Below are positions 50,645 to 61,097 of a DNA stretch of 64,000 nucleotides, piece by piece. This stretch comes from an uncultured Verrucomicrobiae bacterium (GTDB lineage: Bacteria; Verrucomicrobiota; Verrucomicrobiia; Chthoniobacterales; UBA10450): positions 224,001 to 288,000 of the forward strand of contig CAVSDR010000004.1 of the NCBI GenBank assembly GCA_963726745.1. The letters are read 5' to 3'. Both the position numbers and the translations under genes were made by a program. Under the pieces are notes generated by a model. It made no database searches. It saw nothing but the letters and a program-made list of their open reading frames with translations, and was not told the origin of the DNA. Each line of letters opens with the position of its first letter. Position 1 is the stretch's first letter.

Positions 50645-51889
50645 TTAGGCGAGGGGAGGCGGGATGCTGGCCTCGCGCGCCGCCTCGGCCGGGGCGCGGA
50701 AAAAGAAGGCCGCCGCGATCGCGAGCCAAAGCGCGCCCAGCGGGAGCACACCGGGCAGCCAGAGATGCCAGGTGGCGATCGTGCCCATGCTGGCCAGGCA
50801 ATAGGCCGCGGTCACCGCGATGCCGAGGAGAAACAAGTCGATGCGGTCGATTCGCCGGAAGAAGGGCCAGAGTCCGGCGATCACCAGGAGCACAAGGAAA
50901 TCGAAAAGCCGCGAGACCCGGTGGAGATAAGCGCCCGCCTGGATGGTCGCGATCGTGGCCGCGAAAACGTCCGGTGGCGAAAGCGGATTTTCCGGGGTGC
51001 GCGCGAGCACCAAGTGGTCGCGGATGTCGGCATACTCCTGCGCTTCGGGGTGGCCGCTCTCGCGTTGCTGGGCCGCGAGCAGGAGCTCGTTGAGGCCGAT
51101 GCGGCGCGCGCGCTTGGCCATGTTCGGATCGATCAAGAGGGTGCCGTCGCGCGCGATCGGGATGCGGCGGTTCTGTGGGAGGACGATTTCTTTCCCCAGG
51201 TCGACTTTCACTTCTGCCGGAGTCACGCGCAGCCAGAGGAGGATCGCCTGCAAGGGAAACGACGGGATCACTTCGCCACGGTAGAGGAAAAGCAGCGGCA
51301 CCCGCACGCTGGAAGAAGCTTCCTCCGGCAGGTTGATGAAGCCCTGCTGCGCAATCAGCCGCAAGTCTTCGTTAGGCTGCCGCGCGACGCCGGCGAAAGG
51401 CGCAAGGTCGCCACGCCGGCCGGTCACCTGCGTGATCCCGCGGATATCGGCCCATGGCGCATCCGGGTCCGAGTTGTCGCCTAATTCCGCCGCGAGCAAA
51501 AGCCGCGGCACGCGCATCGCCTGGTCCAGGAAAACCTGCTCCTGGTCCTTGTCGCGCTCGCGCCACTTGAGGATGTTTTCGAACGCGATCACCTGCGGTT
51601 GGAACTCGAGCACGGATTGCAGGAAGAGCGCGAACTCGAGCGGCGAGATCGCCACGGCCGAGGCCGACTGCGGCGCGGCGGCCGCCTTGTCGTCCCTGGT
51701 CGCGTCTGTCAGCGAGCTGCGCGCGATCTCGACGACGGTCAGCGGTACTGCCGGGCCGGATTGCACATGCGAGTGGCGCAGGAGCCAGCCGAGGAAACGG
51801 TCTTCCACCTGCGCAAAACGCGGCTCCCGCAAAAGCAGCGCGCCAAGCAAGAGCGCGACAAGCATGAGCCAGGGTGAAGGTCGCCGCAT
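50645..51889 (-). CDS. Membrane protein with large extracytoplasmic domain (possibly degenerate CHASE2)
   Basis: N-terminal TM, GFINL..VRVPLL..PSFPLQ segment, three C-terminal TMs, no output domain. Family call is tentative. Confidence 0.55.
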   Translation of the reverse strand: MRRPSPWLMLVALLLGALLLREPRFAQVEDRFLGWLLRHSHVQSGPAVPLTVVEIARSSLTDATRDDKAAAAPQSASAVAISPLEFALFLQSVLEFQPQVIAFENILKWRERDKDQEQVFLDQAMRVPRLLLAAELGDNSDPDAPWADIRGITQVTGRRGDLAPFAGVARQPNEDLRLIAQQGFINLPEEASSSVRVPLLFLYRGEVIPSFPLQAILLWLRVTPAEVKVDLGKEIVLPQNRRIPIARDGTLLIDPNMAKRARRIGLNELLLAAQQRESGHPEAQEYADIRDHLVLARTPENPLSPPDVFAATIATIQAGAYLHRVSRLFDFLVLLVIAGLWPFFRRIDRIDLFLLGIAVTAAYCLASMGTIATWHLWLPGVLPLGALWLAIAAAFFFRAPAEAAREASIPPPLA

Positions 51890-51958
51890 CGCGGCAGAAA
51901 GTAGAAAGCCTCGCGGCAAAGACAAACACTTATGCGCCGCGGCCCGACGCGCGGAGCG

Positions 51959-52909
51959 CTACTGGCTCAGCTCGAGCATGCGCAGGATCGGCGCCTCCGC
52001 CCTCTTCCGGATCGGCTCCGGAATCACGATCTCCGGCGACAGGTTCAGGAGCGCCGCGTGCGCTTTCTCCAGCGTGTTCATCTTCATGAAACGGCACTCG
52101 CCGCAGAAGCAATTGTCCGTCGGCCCGGGGATGAATTTCTTCCCGGGAATCTCGCGCTCCAGGCGATGGAGCATGCCCGCTTCCGTGACCACGATGATCT
52201 CCTGCGCGGGGCTTTGCCGGCAATACGTGACCATCTTTTCGGTCGAGCAAACTTCATCGGCCAGCATCCGCACCGCCGCGGTGCACTCCGGGTGCGCCAC
52301 CACCGGCGCGTGCGGGTATTCCTCGCGGATCCGCCCGATCGAGCGCGCGGTAAATTCCACGTGCACGTAACAATTCCCCTGCCACAGGTCCATCTTCCGC
52401 CCGGTCCGCTCCATCACCCAGGCGCCCAGGTTTTGATCGGGCACAAAGAGGATGTTCCGGTCCGCCGGCGCGGCCTGCACGATCCGGTCGGCGTTGCCGC
52501 TGGTGCAGATGACGTCGCTTAGCGCTTTCACCCCGGCGCTGCAGTTGATGTAAGCGATGACGTAGTAATTTTTCTCCGCGTGCTCCTGGAGGAAGGCCGC
52601 GAGCTTCTCCGGCGGGCAGGACTCGGAGAGCGAGCAGCCGGCGTCGAGATCGGGGAGAAGCACGCGTTTCCGCGGGTTCAGGATCTTGGCCGTCTCGGCC
52701 ATGAAATGGACCCCGCAGAACAGGATTACTTCCGCCTCGGTGTCGCGCGCCTGGAAGCTCAAGCCTAACGAGTCGCCCACGTAGTCCGCCACTTCCTGCA
52801 GCTCGCGAATCTGGTAGTTATGCGCCAGGATGACCGCGTTCCGCTCGCGCTTGAGCTCCGCGATTTCCGCGACCAGATCGACCCCAAAGTTTACACCGCT
52901 GCTCACCAT
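51959..52909 (-). CDS. nadA: Quinolinate synthase
   Basis: ILAHNYQ, GDSL, CGVHFMAE, AGCSL, YINCS, AHPEC. Confidence 0.98.
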   Translation of the reverse strand: MVSSGVNFGVDLVAEIAELKRERNAVILAHNYQIRELQEVADYVGDSLGLSFQARDTEAEVILFCGVHFMAETAKILNPRKRVLLPDLDAGCSLSESCPPEKLAAFLQEHAEKNYYVIAYINCSAGVKALSDVICTSGNADRIVQAAPADRNILFVPDQNLGAWVMERTGRKMDLWQGNCYVHVEFTARSIGRIREEYPHAPVVAHPECTAAVRMLADEVCSTEKMVTYCRQSPAQEIIVVTEAGMLHRLEREIPGKKFIPGPTDNCFCGECRFMKMNTLEKAHAALLNLSPEIVIPEPIRKRAEAPILRMLELSQ

Positions 52910-52930
52910 CGCTTAACGTCCCGCATTCTG

Positions 52931-53737
52931 ATGCAGACTCAAACCACGCTTGGTTTCATCGGCGCGGGCAAGCTCGCCGGCTCCGTCATTCGCGGCTTAC
53001 TCCGCGCGCAGTTTTGCGCGGCTAACGAGATCATCGCCGCGGAGCCTTCGCCGGAGTTGCGCGAGAAATTGCGCGCCGAGACCGGCGTGCGCGTGACCGC
53101 AGAGAACGCCGAGGTCGCGGAGAAGTCGTCGTTTATTTTCCTGGGGGTAAAGCCGGGTGTGGTCCTGCCGGTGCTGCGGGAATTAGGCAGCAAGCTGGAG
53201 GGCAAGGTGGTCGTCTCGCTCGCGGCGGGAATTCGGGTCGCCAGCATGGAGGAAACGGCTGGCGCGCGGTTTCTCCGCGCGATGACGAACACGCCTTCGG
53301 CAATTTGTGCGGCCGCGACCGCGGTCGCGCGCGGCGCCCGCGCGACGGACGATGACCTCGCGAAGTTGCTGGCTATTTTCCGCGCCGTCGGCGTGGCCGT
53401 GGAAGTGGAGGAAGGCCAAATCGACGCCGTGACCGCGCTTTCCGGTAGCGGCCCGGCTTTCGTTTACAGCGTCATCGAAGCGCTCGCCGATGGCGGGAAA
53501 GCCACCGGCTTGCCCGCCGAGGTCGCGCTCGCCCTGGCCACGCAAACGGTCCTTGGTGCCGCGCAACTCGCGACGGAAACCCAGCTACCGCCTGAGGAAT
53601 TGCGCCGCATGGTGATCACGCCGGGCGGCACCACCGCCGCCGGCCTGGCGAAGATGGAAGAGCACGGAACTGCCGCCGGCCTCATCGCCGCCGTCGAAGC
53701 CGCCGCCAGGCGCGGGCAGGAATTGGCGAGCAGCTAA
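52931..53737 (+). CDS. proC: Pyrroline-5-carboxylate reductase
   Basis: GFIGAG, VKP, RAMTNTP, TALSGSGPA, TPGGTT. Confidence 0.96.
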   Translation: MQTQTTLGFIGAGKLAGSVIRGLLRAQFCAANEIIAAEPSPELREKLRAETGVRVTAENAEVAEKSSFIFLGVKPGVVLPVLRELGSKLEGKVVVSLAAGIRVASMEETAGARFLRAMTNTPSAICAAATAVARGARATDDDLAKLLAIFRAVGVAVEVEEGQIDAVTALSGSGPAFVYSVIEALADGGKATGLPAEVALALATQTVLGAAQLATETQLPPEELRRMVITPGGTTAAGLAKMEEHGTAAGLIAAVEAAARRGQELASS

Positions 53738-54633
53738 AGCGCGAGCGCGGCGCGCATCGCGGCGAGCGGCGCTTCGCGGTCGAACCAATGTTCGAAGGAA
53801 AGCGCGCCCTGGTGCAGCAGCATCGAGAGCCCGCCGGCGACGCGCGCGCCGGCTTCCTCGGCTGCGACCACGAAGGGCGTGCGACCGTCGCGATAGACCG
53901 TGTCGTAAACCAGCAGGTGCGGCGCAAGCCAGGAGGCGGGTATCGGCGAGGCCTCACCACGATGCAGGCCGAGCGGAGTGGCATTGATCACGAGGTCGGA
54001 GTTCGCGATTTGAAAGCGCAGCGCCGCCTCGCTCCACGCCACGGCCTCGAGCCGGGCGACCGGCCCAAGCACGCGCGCCTCGCGAAAGAACGCCGCCAAT
54101 TCGTCGGCTAATTTCTGCGCCTTCGCGAGGTCGCGATTGGCCAGCACCAGGCGTTCGCAGCCTTCGCTTGCGCATTGCTGCGCGATCGCGCGCGCGGCCC
54201 CGCCGGCGCCTAACAAGAGCACGCGCAAATCGCGCAGGTCGACCGAAAACTCCGCGCGGATCGCGCGCGAGAAGCCGGGCCCGTCGGTATTGGAGCCGAT
54301 CATTTCCCCGGCCGCAAAACGCACGCAATTCACCGCACCGCAGCGCTGGGCGAAATCGTCGACCTGCGTCATCAAGGGCAAGGCCGCGGCCTTGTGCGGA
54401 ATGGTCAGGTTCACCCCGACGAAGTCGTTCTCCGCCATTAATCGCAACGCTTTCACCAGCTCGTCCGGCGCGATCTGGAAACGCGCGTATTCCATCTCCA
54501 AGCCGCAGGCTTGCAGCGCGGCCTGCATCATCTGCGGCGAACGCGAGTGCGCCACCGGATCGCCGAGCACGCCGAGACGGATGGCGGGCTCGATTCCCTG
54601 CTCCAGGTCCGCCAGCGAGTAGACTTCCTTCAC
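53734..54633 (-). CDS. aroE: Shikimate dehydrogenase
   Basis: [45 protein letters not shown] overlaps the upstream TGA. Confidence 0.94.
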   Translation of the reverse strand: MKEVYSLADLEQGIEPAIRLGVLGDPVAHSRSPQMMQAALQACGLEMEYARFQIAPDELVKALRLMAENDFVGVNLTIPHKAAALPLMTQVDDFAQRCGAVNCVRFAAGEMIGSNTDGPGFSRAIRAEFSVDLRDLRVLLLGAGGAARAIAQQCASEGCERLVLANRDLAKAQKLADELAAFFREARVLGPVARLEAVAWSEAALRFQIANSDLVINATPLGLHRGEASPIPASWLAPHLLVYDTVYRDGRTPFVVAAEEAGARVAGGLSMLLHQGALSFEHWFDREAPLAAMRAALAL

Positions 54634-55581
54634 TTCGTTTGCGTGGAGAGGAACCAGTCGACAAACTTCGGCAAGCCCACGGCGAGCGGGGTGGTCGGGT
54701 GGTAGCCGAGAAGCTTCTTCGCCTTGGAGATATCCGCGCAGGTTAGCGGGACGTCGCCGGGTTGCTCGGGCAAGTTGCTCGATCCGGGCTTTTTTGCCTA
54801 ACGAGTGCTCGATCCCGGCGATCAGTTCCCGCAGCTCGACGGTTTGGCTTTCGCCAAGGTTAAAGACGTCGAAGCGCGGGCCCTGATAATCGAAAGCGGC
54901 CATGACTCCCTGGATGATGTCGTCGATGTAGGTGTAATCGCGCCGGGTCGAGCCGTCGCCGAATTGCTGGATCGCCTGGCCCGCGTGGATCCGCCGGGTG
55001 AACTGGTGGATCGCCAGATCGGGCCGTTGGCGCGCGCCGTAGACGGTGAAAAAGCGGAGCGCGACGACGCGCAAATCGTAGAGATGCGAGTAAGTCGAGC
55101 AGAGGAACTCGCCGGCTATTTTGCTCGCGGCATACGGGCTGATCGTCTGCGTGAGATGCTCGCTTTCGGAGAACGGGACGGTCTTGCAGATGCCGTAGAC
55201 CGAGGAGCTGGAGGCGAAGATGAAGCGCTCGATTCCGGTGGCGCGCGCGGCTTCCAGGAGGTGGAGCGTGCCGTCGACGTTGGTGTCGAAATAAAGCTGC
55301 GGCTGCGCGATCGACGGCCGCACTCCGGCGCGCGCCGCGAGATGCGCGATGGCGTCGAATTTCTCCCGGTGAAAAAGCGCGCGCACCCCGGCGCTGTCGC
55401 GCAAGTCGAGCCGATGGAGCTGCACCTGGCCGGCGACAGCCGCGAGGTTGGCCTGTTTGATCGCCGGATCGTAAAAGTCGTTGAAGTCGTCGAGAATTGA
55501 GACTTCGTGACCGGCAGCGAGCAACTTCTCCACGAGGTGCGAACCGATAAAGCCCGCGCCGCCGGTGACCAGTGTTCGCAT
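54630..55581 (-). CDS. NAD-dependent nucleotide-sugar epimerase, UDP-glucuronate 4-epimerase-like (one extra base near 54770)
   Basis: [35 protein letters not shown]; corrected end [15 protein letters not shown]...FVDWF..K*. Confidence 0.92.
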
Positions 55582-55597
55582 CGCGGCGACCGTAAAG

Positions 55598-56242
55598 ATG
55601 AAGCCCCAGACGAGCAAGGCCCGAACCGTGATCGCCTTCCTGGCGGTCTTCCTCCTGGCCATGTCGCTGGCTATTTTCCTGCGCGCGCCCTGGCGGGAAT
55701 GGCCGCGCGTCCCGGGCTTGCAGCTTCCGTCGGCCTTGGAGTTGGCGGCGCTGCCGACCGCGACGGGTTTCGATTACCCGTTAGGGAACCGCGACGGCGC
55801 GCTGGCTTACAACGCGCAGCCGTTCACCGAAAACCGGCATTTAGGCGACGACTTGAATGGCATCGGCGGCGAGAACAGCGACCTGGGCGATCCGGTCTAC
55901 GCGATCGCCGACGGCCGGGTGTTGCTCGCGACCGAAGGCGGGCCCGGCTGGGGCAATGTCCTCATCCTCCTGCATGCTTACGACGAGGGCGGGACGCGGC
56001 GTTACCTGCAATCGTTCTACGCACATCTCGATGCTTTCAAGGTCGCGCCCGGCGCGGTCGTCCGGCGCGGCCAGGAGATCGCCACAGTCGGGAATGCGCA
56101 CGGGAAATACCTGGCGCATCTCCATCTCGAGCTGCGCGAATTTCTCACGCCCTACATCGGGCCGGGCTATCGGGCGGAGACAAGCGGCTGGCTAAATCCG
56201 AGCGGCTTTATCGCCGGGCATCGGCCGGCTAACCGCGATTAG
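55598..56242 (+). CDS. M23 family peptidase
   Basis: HLGDD, GWGNV, YAHL, HLHLE. Confidence 0.9.
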   Translation: MKPQTSKARTVIAFLAVFLLAMSLAIFLRAPWREWPRVPGLQLPSALELAALPTATGFDYPLGNRDGALAYNAQPFTENRHLGDDLNGIGGENSDLGDPVYAIADGRVLLATEGGPGWGNVLILLHAYDEGGTRRYLQSFYAHLDAFKVAPGAVVRRGQEIATVGNAHGKYLAHLHLELREFLTPYIGPGYRAETSGWLNPSGFIAGHRPANRD

Positions 56243-56876
56243 CGCCGGGCGTGGGGGCATCGAGCGCGCGCCAGAAATACCACGCGGCCACGGAACGATA
56301 GGGCCGCCATTTTTCGCCGATGGCCTCGAGCTTTTTCGGCGGCGGGAGCTCGCGCTTCCCGAAAGTTTTGGCGTAGCCTTTGCGCACCCCGAGATCGTGC
56401 ACCGGCCAGACATCCAGCCGCCCGAGCTCGAAAAGCAGGAGCATTTCCACCGTCCAGCGGCCGATGCCGCGCACCGCGGTCAGCCGCTCGATGATCTCCT
56501 CCTCGCTCAGGCCCGCGAGGGCCTTTGCCGGCGGAACGGTGCCATCGAGAGTTTTGGCAGCGAGATCACGCAGCGCGACGGTCTTCGCCCCGGAGAGTCC
56601 GCAGGCGCGCAAGGTCTCGATCGGCGTGGCCAGGACCTGCGCCGGGTCGAGCCATTTCCGTTTCGGATAAAGCGCGCGCACCCGGCCCCAGATGGTGGCC
56701 GCGGCTTTGCCGCTGAGTTGCTGGTAAGCGATCGACTCCGCGAGCGCATCGAACGGCCGCACGAAGACGGCAGCCCGCGGGACGAAGCGCGGGGCCCGCG
56801 CGATCAGCGCCGCGAAACGCGGGTCGCTCGCGGACAAATGCGCCAGGGCGTCGGCAATCGGATCGTCGGCGCTCAT
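56229..56876 (-). CDS. DNA-3-methyladenine glycosylase II (AlkA-like HhH-GPD)
   Basis: IAYQQLS, VRGIGRWT, DLGVR, WRPYRS. Confidence 0.92.
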   Translation of the reverse strand: MSADDPIADALAHLSASDPRFAALIARAPRFVPRAAVFVRPFDALAESIAYQQLSGKAAATIWGRVRALYPKRKWLDPAQVLATPIETLRACGLSGAKTVALRDLAAKTLDGTVPPAKALAGLSEEEIIERLTAVRGIGRWTVEMLLLFELGRLDVWPVHDLGVRKGYAKTFGKRELPPPKKLEAIGEKWRPYRSVAAWYFWRALDAPTPGANRG

Positions 56877-56987
56877 CCCAGTGAAAAAAAGTTTCGCAGC
56901 ATAGAGCTAAAAGCGGGGCAGCCTCCGAATCTCCATCGACGTATCTGCTTCCGCAAAACCGAACGCTCGCTACACTCGCACCTATCC

Positions 56988-57911
56988 ATGAAGACCACCT
57001 TCGCCCTTCTCTCGGCCGCCCTGGTCGCCGGCGCCACGGCTTTCGCCCAGGACGCTTCCGATAAACAGCTCACGAGCACACGTTATCGTGAAGTGGCCAC
57101 CACGGAGGAGCGGACCGCACTCGACCTTTTCCAGGTCGACGGCTCCTACGTCTTCGGGAGTGACGTGAAGCGCGACGGGATCAACTATGGCGAGCAGGAA
57201 GCGGTCGACAGTTCGATCGATTACTCCCATCGCTTCTTTCTCGCGGGGAAAATTTACCTGCGTCTCGGCGGCGCTTACGGACGCTTCGATTTCGGCGAGA
57301 CCGCCGCACCCATCCCGGATTCGCTGCAATACGTGAACGCCCGGGTCGCCCTGGAATACATGGTCGGGAACGACATTGGCGCTTTCCTCCAATTCAACCC
57401 CGGCTTCTACACCGAGCGCGCCTTCAATATTTCTTCCTTCGACATCCCGATCACCGCCGGGCGCGTTTTCGTCCTCCAGCCGCGAAAGCTCTTCCTCTTC
57501 GTAGGCGTGAATACGGCCTTCCTCCGCGGCGAGTATCCGGTGCTTCCGCTCGTTGGGCTTGTCTGGCGGCCGAATCCGCAGTGGACCCTGAACCTGCTCC
57601 CGCCCGATCCGCGGGTCATCTATTCGCCAAATAAGAACCTCGATTTCTGGGTTGGCGGCCAACTCGTCGGCTGGTCTTTCCGCACCGATCGCGAGAACGC
57701 AATCGTCCCGCAGCGCCTGAACGGAGCGCAGATTGATTATTCGGAATATCGCGGGGCGCTCGGCATCACTTTCCACCCGTCGGAGCACGTCGCGGTGGAT
57801 CTCGGCGGCGGTTACGTTTTCCAGCGTCGCTTCAATTTCGAGCGTGCGGGGGTGGAGTATAAGGCCGACGGCGCCCCGTTTGTGCGGGCTTCGCTCAAGG
57901 CGGAGTTTTAG
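56988..57911 (+). CDS. Outer-membrane beta-barrel protein (DUF6268-like)
   Basis: Signal peptide, amphipathic beta strands, 'YPVLPLVGLVWR..QWTLNLLPP', C-terminal Phe. Confidence 0.75.
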   Translation: MKTTFALLSAALVAGATAFAQDASDKQLTSTRYREVATTEERTALDLFQVDGSYVFGSDVKRDGINYGEQEAVDSSIDYSHRFFLAGKIYLRLGGAYGRFDFGETAAPIPDSLQYVNARVALEYMVGNDIGAFLQFNPGFYTERAFNISSFDIPITAGRVFVLQPRKLFLFVGVNTAFLRGEYPVLPLVGLVWRPNPQWTLNLLPPDPRVIYSPNKNLDFWVGGQLVGWSFRTDRENAIVPQRLNGAQIDYSEYRGALGITFHPSEHVAVDLGGGYVFQRRFNFERAGVEYKADGAPFVRASLKAEF

Positions 57912-57920
57912 CCAGCGCTT

Positions 57921-59114
57921 TCACTGCTCGATGCGGCGCAAGAGAAAGGCCGCGCCGACGAACGTAACCACCGTTCCAGCGCACAACGCGAGCAGACTTG
58001 GCCCGTAGTAAGCGAAGCCGGCATCGTAGAGATTCACCAGGCGAAACGCCCGGCAAAAATAGGTCAGCGGGAAGAACTCCGAGATCCAGCGGATGCCGGC
58101 CGGTAATTGCTCCAGCGGCGCAAACGCGCCCGACAAAACAAAGACCGGCAGCAAAAAGAAAACCGAGAACTGGATCGCCTGCGTCTGGCTGCGCGAGATC
58201 GCGGAGATGATCAATCCCAGGCCTAACGAGCAAAGAAGGAAGACCAGGCAGATGACCGCGAGCACGAAGGGGTGCCGGAAGGTGACGCCAAAATGCCAGC
58301 CCGCCAGGGCGACGATCATCGCGATCAACCCAAGCGAAATCGCCAGATACGGAATCACTTTGCCGATCACGATCTCGCTGCGGCGGAGCGACGTGACCAT
58401 CAGTTGAAAAAGCGTCCCGGACTCGCGCTCGCGCGCAATCGTGCAAGCCATGAGCGTGACCGTGATCAACTGCAGGATCAGTCCGATGACGCCGGGGATG
58501 ACGTAATCGATGAAGCGCTCCTTCGGGTTATAGAGCAGCGTTTGCCGGATCGTCCACGGCTCCATCGCGGAGACAAATTGCTTCCGCACTTCCACCGGAA
58601 TCTTCTCCGCGAGGTCGAAAACCTCCTGCGGCAGGGCGTCGATCATCTCCTGCCGTTCGCCCAGCTGAAATTCGCCTAACGACTCCTGCACGCTCCCGAA
58701 AAGTTGCGGCGCGATATTGGTGTCGCTGGCGTCGAGGTAGAGCCGCAGCGGGACCGGTTTGCCATCGGCCAGTCCCGCGCTCCAGCCGGCCGGAATCACC
58801 AGCGCGGCCTGCACGCCCTGGTGGAGCAGGTCAATCTGCGCCTCGGTGCCGCTGGCTTCGCGCGTGCGCCAGCGGAAGGTCTTGTTGGTGGAAATTTTGT
58901 CGACGAAACGCTGCGTCTGCGGTGTGGCATCGGCGTTGATCAGGAGCGCGGGCACATCGGTCATTTCCCCGGCCTCGAAAGCGTGTCCGAAGACGAGCGT
59001 GAAAATAGGCGGCAGGATGACCAGGAGCAGGAGGACCCGGCGATCGCGCCAGATGTGGAGAAATTCCTTCCGCGCCACGCTGGCGACTGCTGCGACAAAA
59101 CCGGAACGCATCAT
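57921..59114 (-). CDS. ABC-2 type exporter permease (YbhR/YbhS-like)
   Basis: ARKEFLHIWRDRR, LYNP, IARERESGT, LSGAFAPLE. Confidence 0.92.
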   Translation of the reverse strand: MMRSGFVAAVASVARKEFLHIWRDRRVLLLLVILPPIFTLVFGHAFEAGEMTDVPALLINADATPQTQRFVDKISTNKTFRWRTREASGTEAQIDLLHQGVQAALVIPAGWSAGLADGKPVPLRLYLDASDTNIAPQLFGSVQESLGEFQLGERQEMIDALPQEVFDLAEKIPVEVRKQFVSAMEPWTIRQTLLYNPKERFIDYVIPGVIGLILQLITVTLMACTIARERESGTLFQLMVTSLRRSEIVIGKVIPYLAISLGLIAMIVALAGWHFGVTFRHPFVLAVICLVFLLCSLGLGLIISAISRSQTQAIQFSVFFLLPVFVLSGAFAPLEQLPAGIRWISEFFPLTYFCRAFRLVNLYDAGFAYYGPSLLALCAGTVVTFVGAAFLLRRIEQ

Positions 59115-60058
59115 GGCAAAGGTGCGAGCAGCGCGGTGTAGCCCTGCGAGTAGGCGGTGAAAACGTCCTCCATATCCGGCTCGACCCAACGCTCCCCGCG
59201 CCAGCGCAGTTCCGGGAAAGGCCAGGCCGCGCGCCAGCGCTCCAGCAAGTTCTCCGGCTCGGCCGCGTAGAGCCGGAGTGCGCCGCTGCGCAGCGAAACT
59301 CCGAGGACGCCCGGCTCTTCCCGCAGCCGCACGAGTGCCGGCATTACCGGGTCCACGTCCAGCTCGAGCAGGCGGGTCTTGAAGCTCGACTTGAAAGCCC
59401 GCGGCGCAGCCCGCGCGAGCAGCCGTCCCTGGTCGATGAAGCCCACATCGGTGCAGCGCTCGGCTTCGTCCATGTAATGCGTGGTGATGAAAATCGTGAT
59501 CCCGCCATGGCTCAGATCGTAGAGTAAATTCCACATCTGCTGCCGGTGCACCGGGTCGAGGCCGGAAGTCGGTTCATCGAGAAAAAGCAGCGGCGGCTCA
59601 TGGATGAGCGCGCAGGCAATCGCGAGCAACTGCCGCACGCCACCCGAGAGACTGCCGGCCGGCGCATGGCGCTTCCGCTCGAGATCGGTCAACGCCAGCA
59701 GCCGGGTGATCCGGCTGTCTAATTCCCGCCCGGGCACGCGCGAGGCGCCGCCAAAGAAGCGCATGTTCTCATCCACCGTGAGGTCGCGGTAGAGGCTGAA
59801 ACGCTGGGCGACGTAGCCGAATTTCGTCCGCGCCAGGTGCCGCTCCCGCCAGACATCGGACCCGGCGATGGTCGCGCGACCACTGGTCGGCCGGACCAAA
59901 CCACAGAGCATGCGCATGGTGGTGGTCTTGCCGGCGCCATTCGCGCCCAGAAAACCGAAGATCGCGCCGCGCTCCACGGTCAACGAGAGCTCACGCACGG
60001 CCTGCGTCTCGCCGTAGTGCTTGCTCAATTTCTCCAGGAGGATGACCGGTTCCTTCAT
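59111..60058 (-). CDS. ABC transporter ATP-binding protein
   Basis: GANGAGKTT, LSGG, LDEPTSGLDP, TTHYMDEAE. Confidence 0.95.
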   Translation of the reverse strand: MKEPVILLEKLSKHYGETQAVRELSLTVERGAIFGFLGANGAGKTTTMRMLCGLVRPTSGRATIAGSDVWRERHLARTKFGYVAQRFSLYRDLTVDENMRFFGGASRVPGRELDSRITRLLALTDLERKRHAPAGSLSGGVRQLLAIACALIHEPPLLFLDEPTSGLDPVHRQQMWNLLYDLSHGGITIFITTHYMDEAERCTDVGFIDQGRLLARAAPRAFKSSFKTRLLELDVDPVMPALVRLREEPGVLGVSLRSGALRLYAAEPENLLERWRAAWPFPELRWRGERWVEPDMEDVFTAYSQGYTALLAPLP

Positions 60059-60144
60059 CAGCAGAGCGTCACTATGGCCAGCTTTGCGCGGAGCGAAACC
60101 CGGGAGCCCGTTTGCAAAGCCTCGAGCGGACGCAAAATTACCGC

Positions 60145-61074
60145 ATGCGCATCTCCTCTTCGCCGGCCCGAATTTTAGCCGGCGTTATCGTGCTCGCGGG
60201 AGCCGCAACGCTCCGCGCGGATCCCGTCGCCGAGCTGGCGAGCTTCTCGGTTTTCAACGCGGTCGACCTCGCGCAGCTCAAAGGCGAAGCAAAGACCCAG
60301 CGCGGCGAACGCATGAGCAACCCGCGTTTTCTTTCCGTGCAAAGTGTCTGGGTTTCGCCCGGCTCGCCGCAGGAGCTCGCAGCCGCGCTGCGTGGTTTCA
60401 ATCCCGCGCGCCATCCGGAAATGCACGTCCTGCTGCATCAAAACGGCAACAACTTCTCCTCGTTAGGCAAGCTGCCCGCGGGCGCGCCGGTTGATTGGCT
60501 CCGGCAGGCCACGGAGAGCCGCTCGAAGGAATTGCAGATCAGCCAGGAAGAAGCGGCGAAGAGCGGTGCGTTTGCTGATTTTTGGAGCGCAATCCTGAGC
60601 GCCCGCGCCGCCACGGGAGTCTTCGGCCAGCCGTCTTACAGCCACACGGGGAGCAACCTCAAACCGAGCGAACAGATCAACGCGCTCCTCGCGCAGCAGC
60701 CGAAACTTCGGAAGCAATTCGACGGCCTCATCGGCGACAAGGGCGAGACTTACTGGGAGCTGCTGGAGGTGGAACGGAAGGGCGTGCTCACGCTCGGCGC
60801 CTCTTTCAATCGCACCGCCAGCGGTGGCGCCGCGCTTCAGGCCGCCGACGTCTTGTATTACGCCAGCGGCGGCTACGATGCCGCGATCACGCTCTATCAA
60901 ATGTGGCCGGTGACGGTGGACGGAAAGCCAGCGACGCTCGTCTGGCGCGGCGATCTCATCTCGTCTTCCGAGCTCGCCGGGCTCGCCGGGGTGGAGCGGC
61001 TCGGGTCGGAGTCGGCGATGATGAAAGATGTCGGCCGCTCGATCCGCTTTTTCCGTGGCGACACGGGTCGTTAG
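60145..61074 (+). CDS. Hypothetical exported protein
   Basis: Signal peptide ending TLRA-D; no recognised motif. Confidence 0.75.
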   Translation: MRISSSPARILAGVIVLAGAATLRADPVAELASFSVFNAVDLAQLKGEAKTQRGERMSNPRFLSVQSVWVSPGSPQELAAALRGFNPARHPEMHVLLHQNGNNFSSLGKLPAGAPVDWLRQATESRSKELQISQEEAAKSGAFADFWSAILSARAATGVFGQPSYSHTGSNLKPSEQINALLAQQPKLRKQFDGLIGDKGETYWELLEVERKGVLTLGASFNRTASGGAALQAADVLYYASGGYDAAITLYQMWPVTVDGKPATLVWRGDLISSSELAGLAGVERLGSESAMMKDVGRSIRFFRGDTGR

Positions 61075-61097
61075 GCGCTAACCTCCGCCGCTCGTCC

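Noticed and set aside
49574..51484. Long antisense ORFs (e.g. 636 aa here, also 10752-11975, 30732-32180, 43076-44551, 61817-63226)
   Set aside because: They overlap well-supported genes on the opposite strand and have no motifs; typical high-GC shadow ORFs.
53734..55662. Apparent 642-aa epimerase-shikimate dehydrogenase fusion
   Set aside because: Removing one base near 54770 restores the normal epimerase C-terminus and a TGA overlapping the aroE GTG, giving two separate genes.
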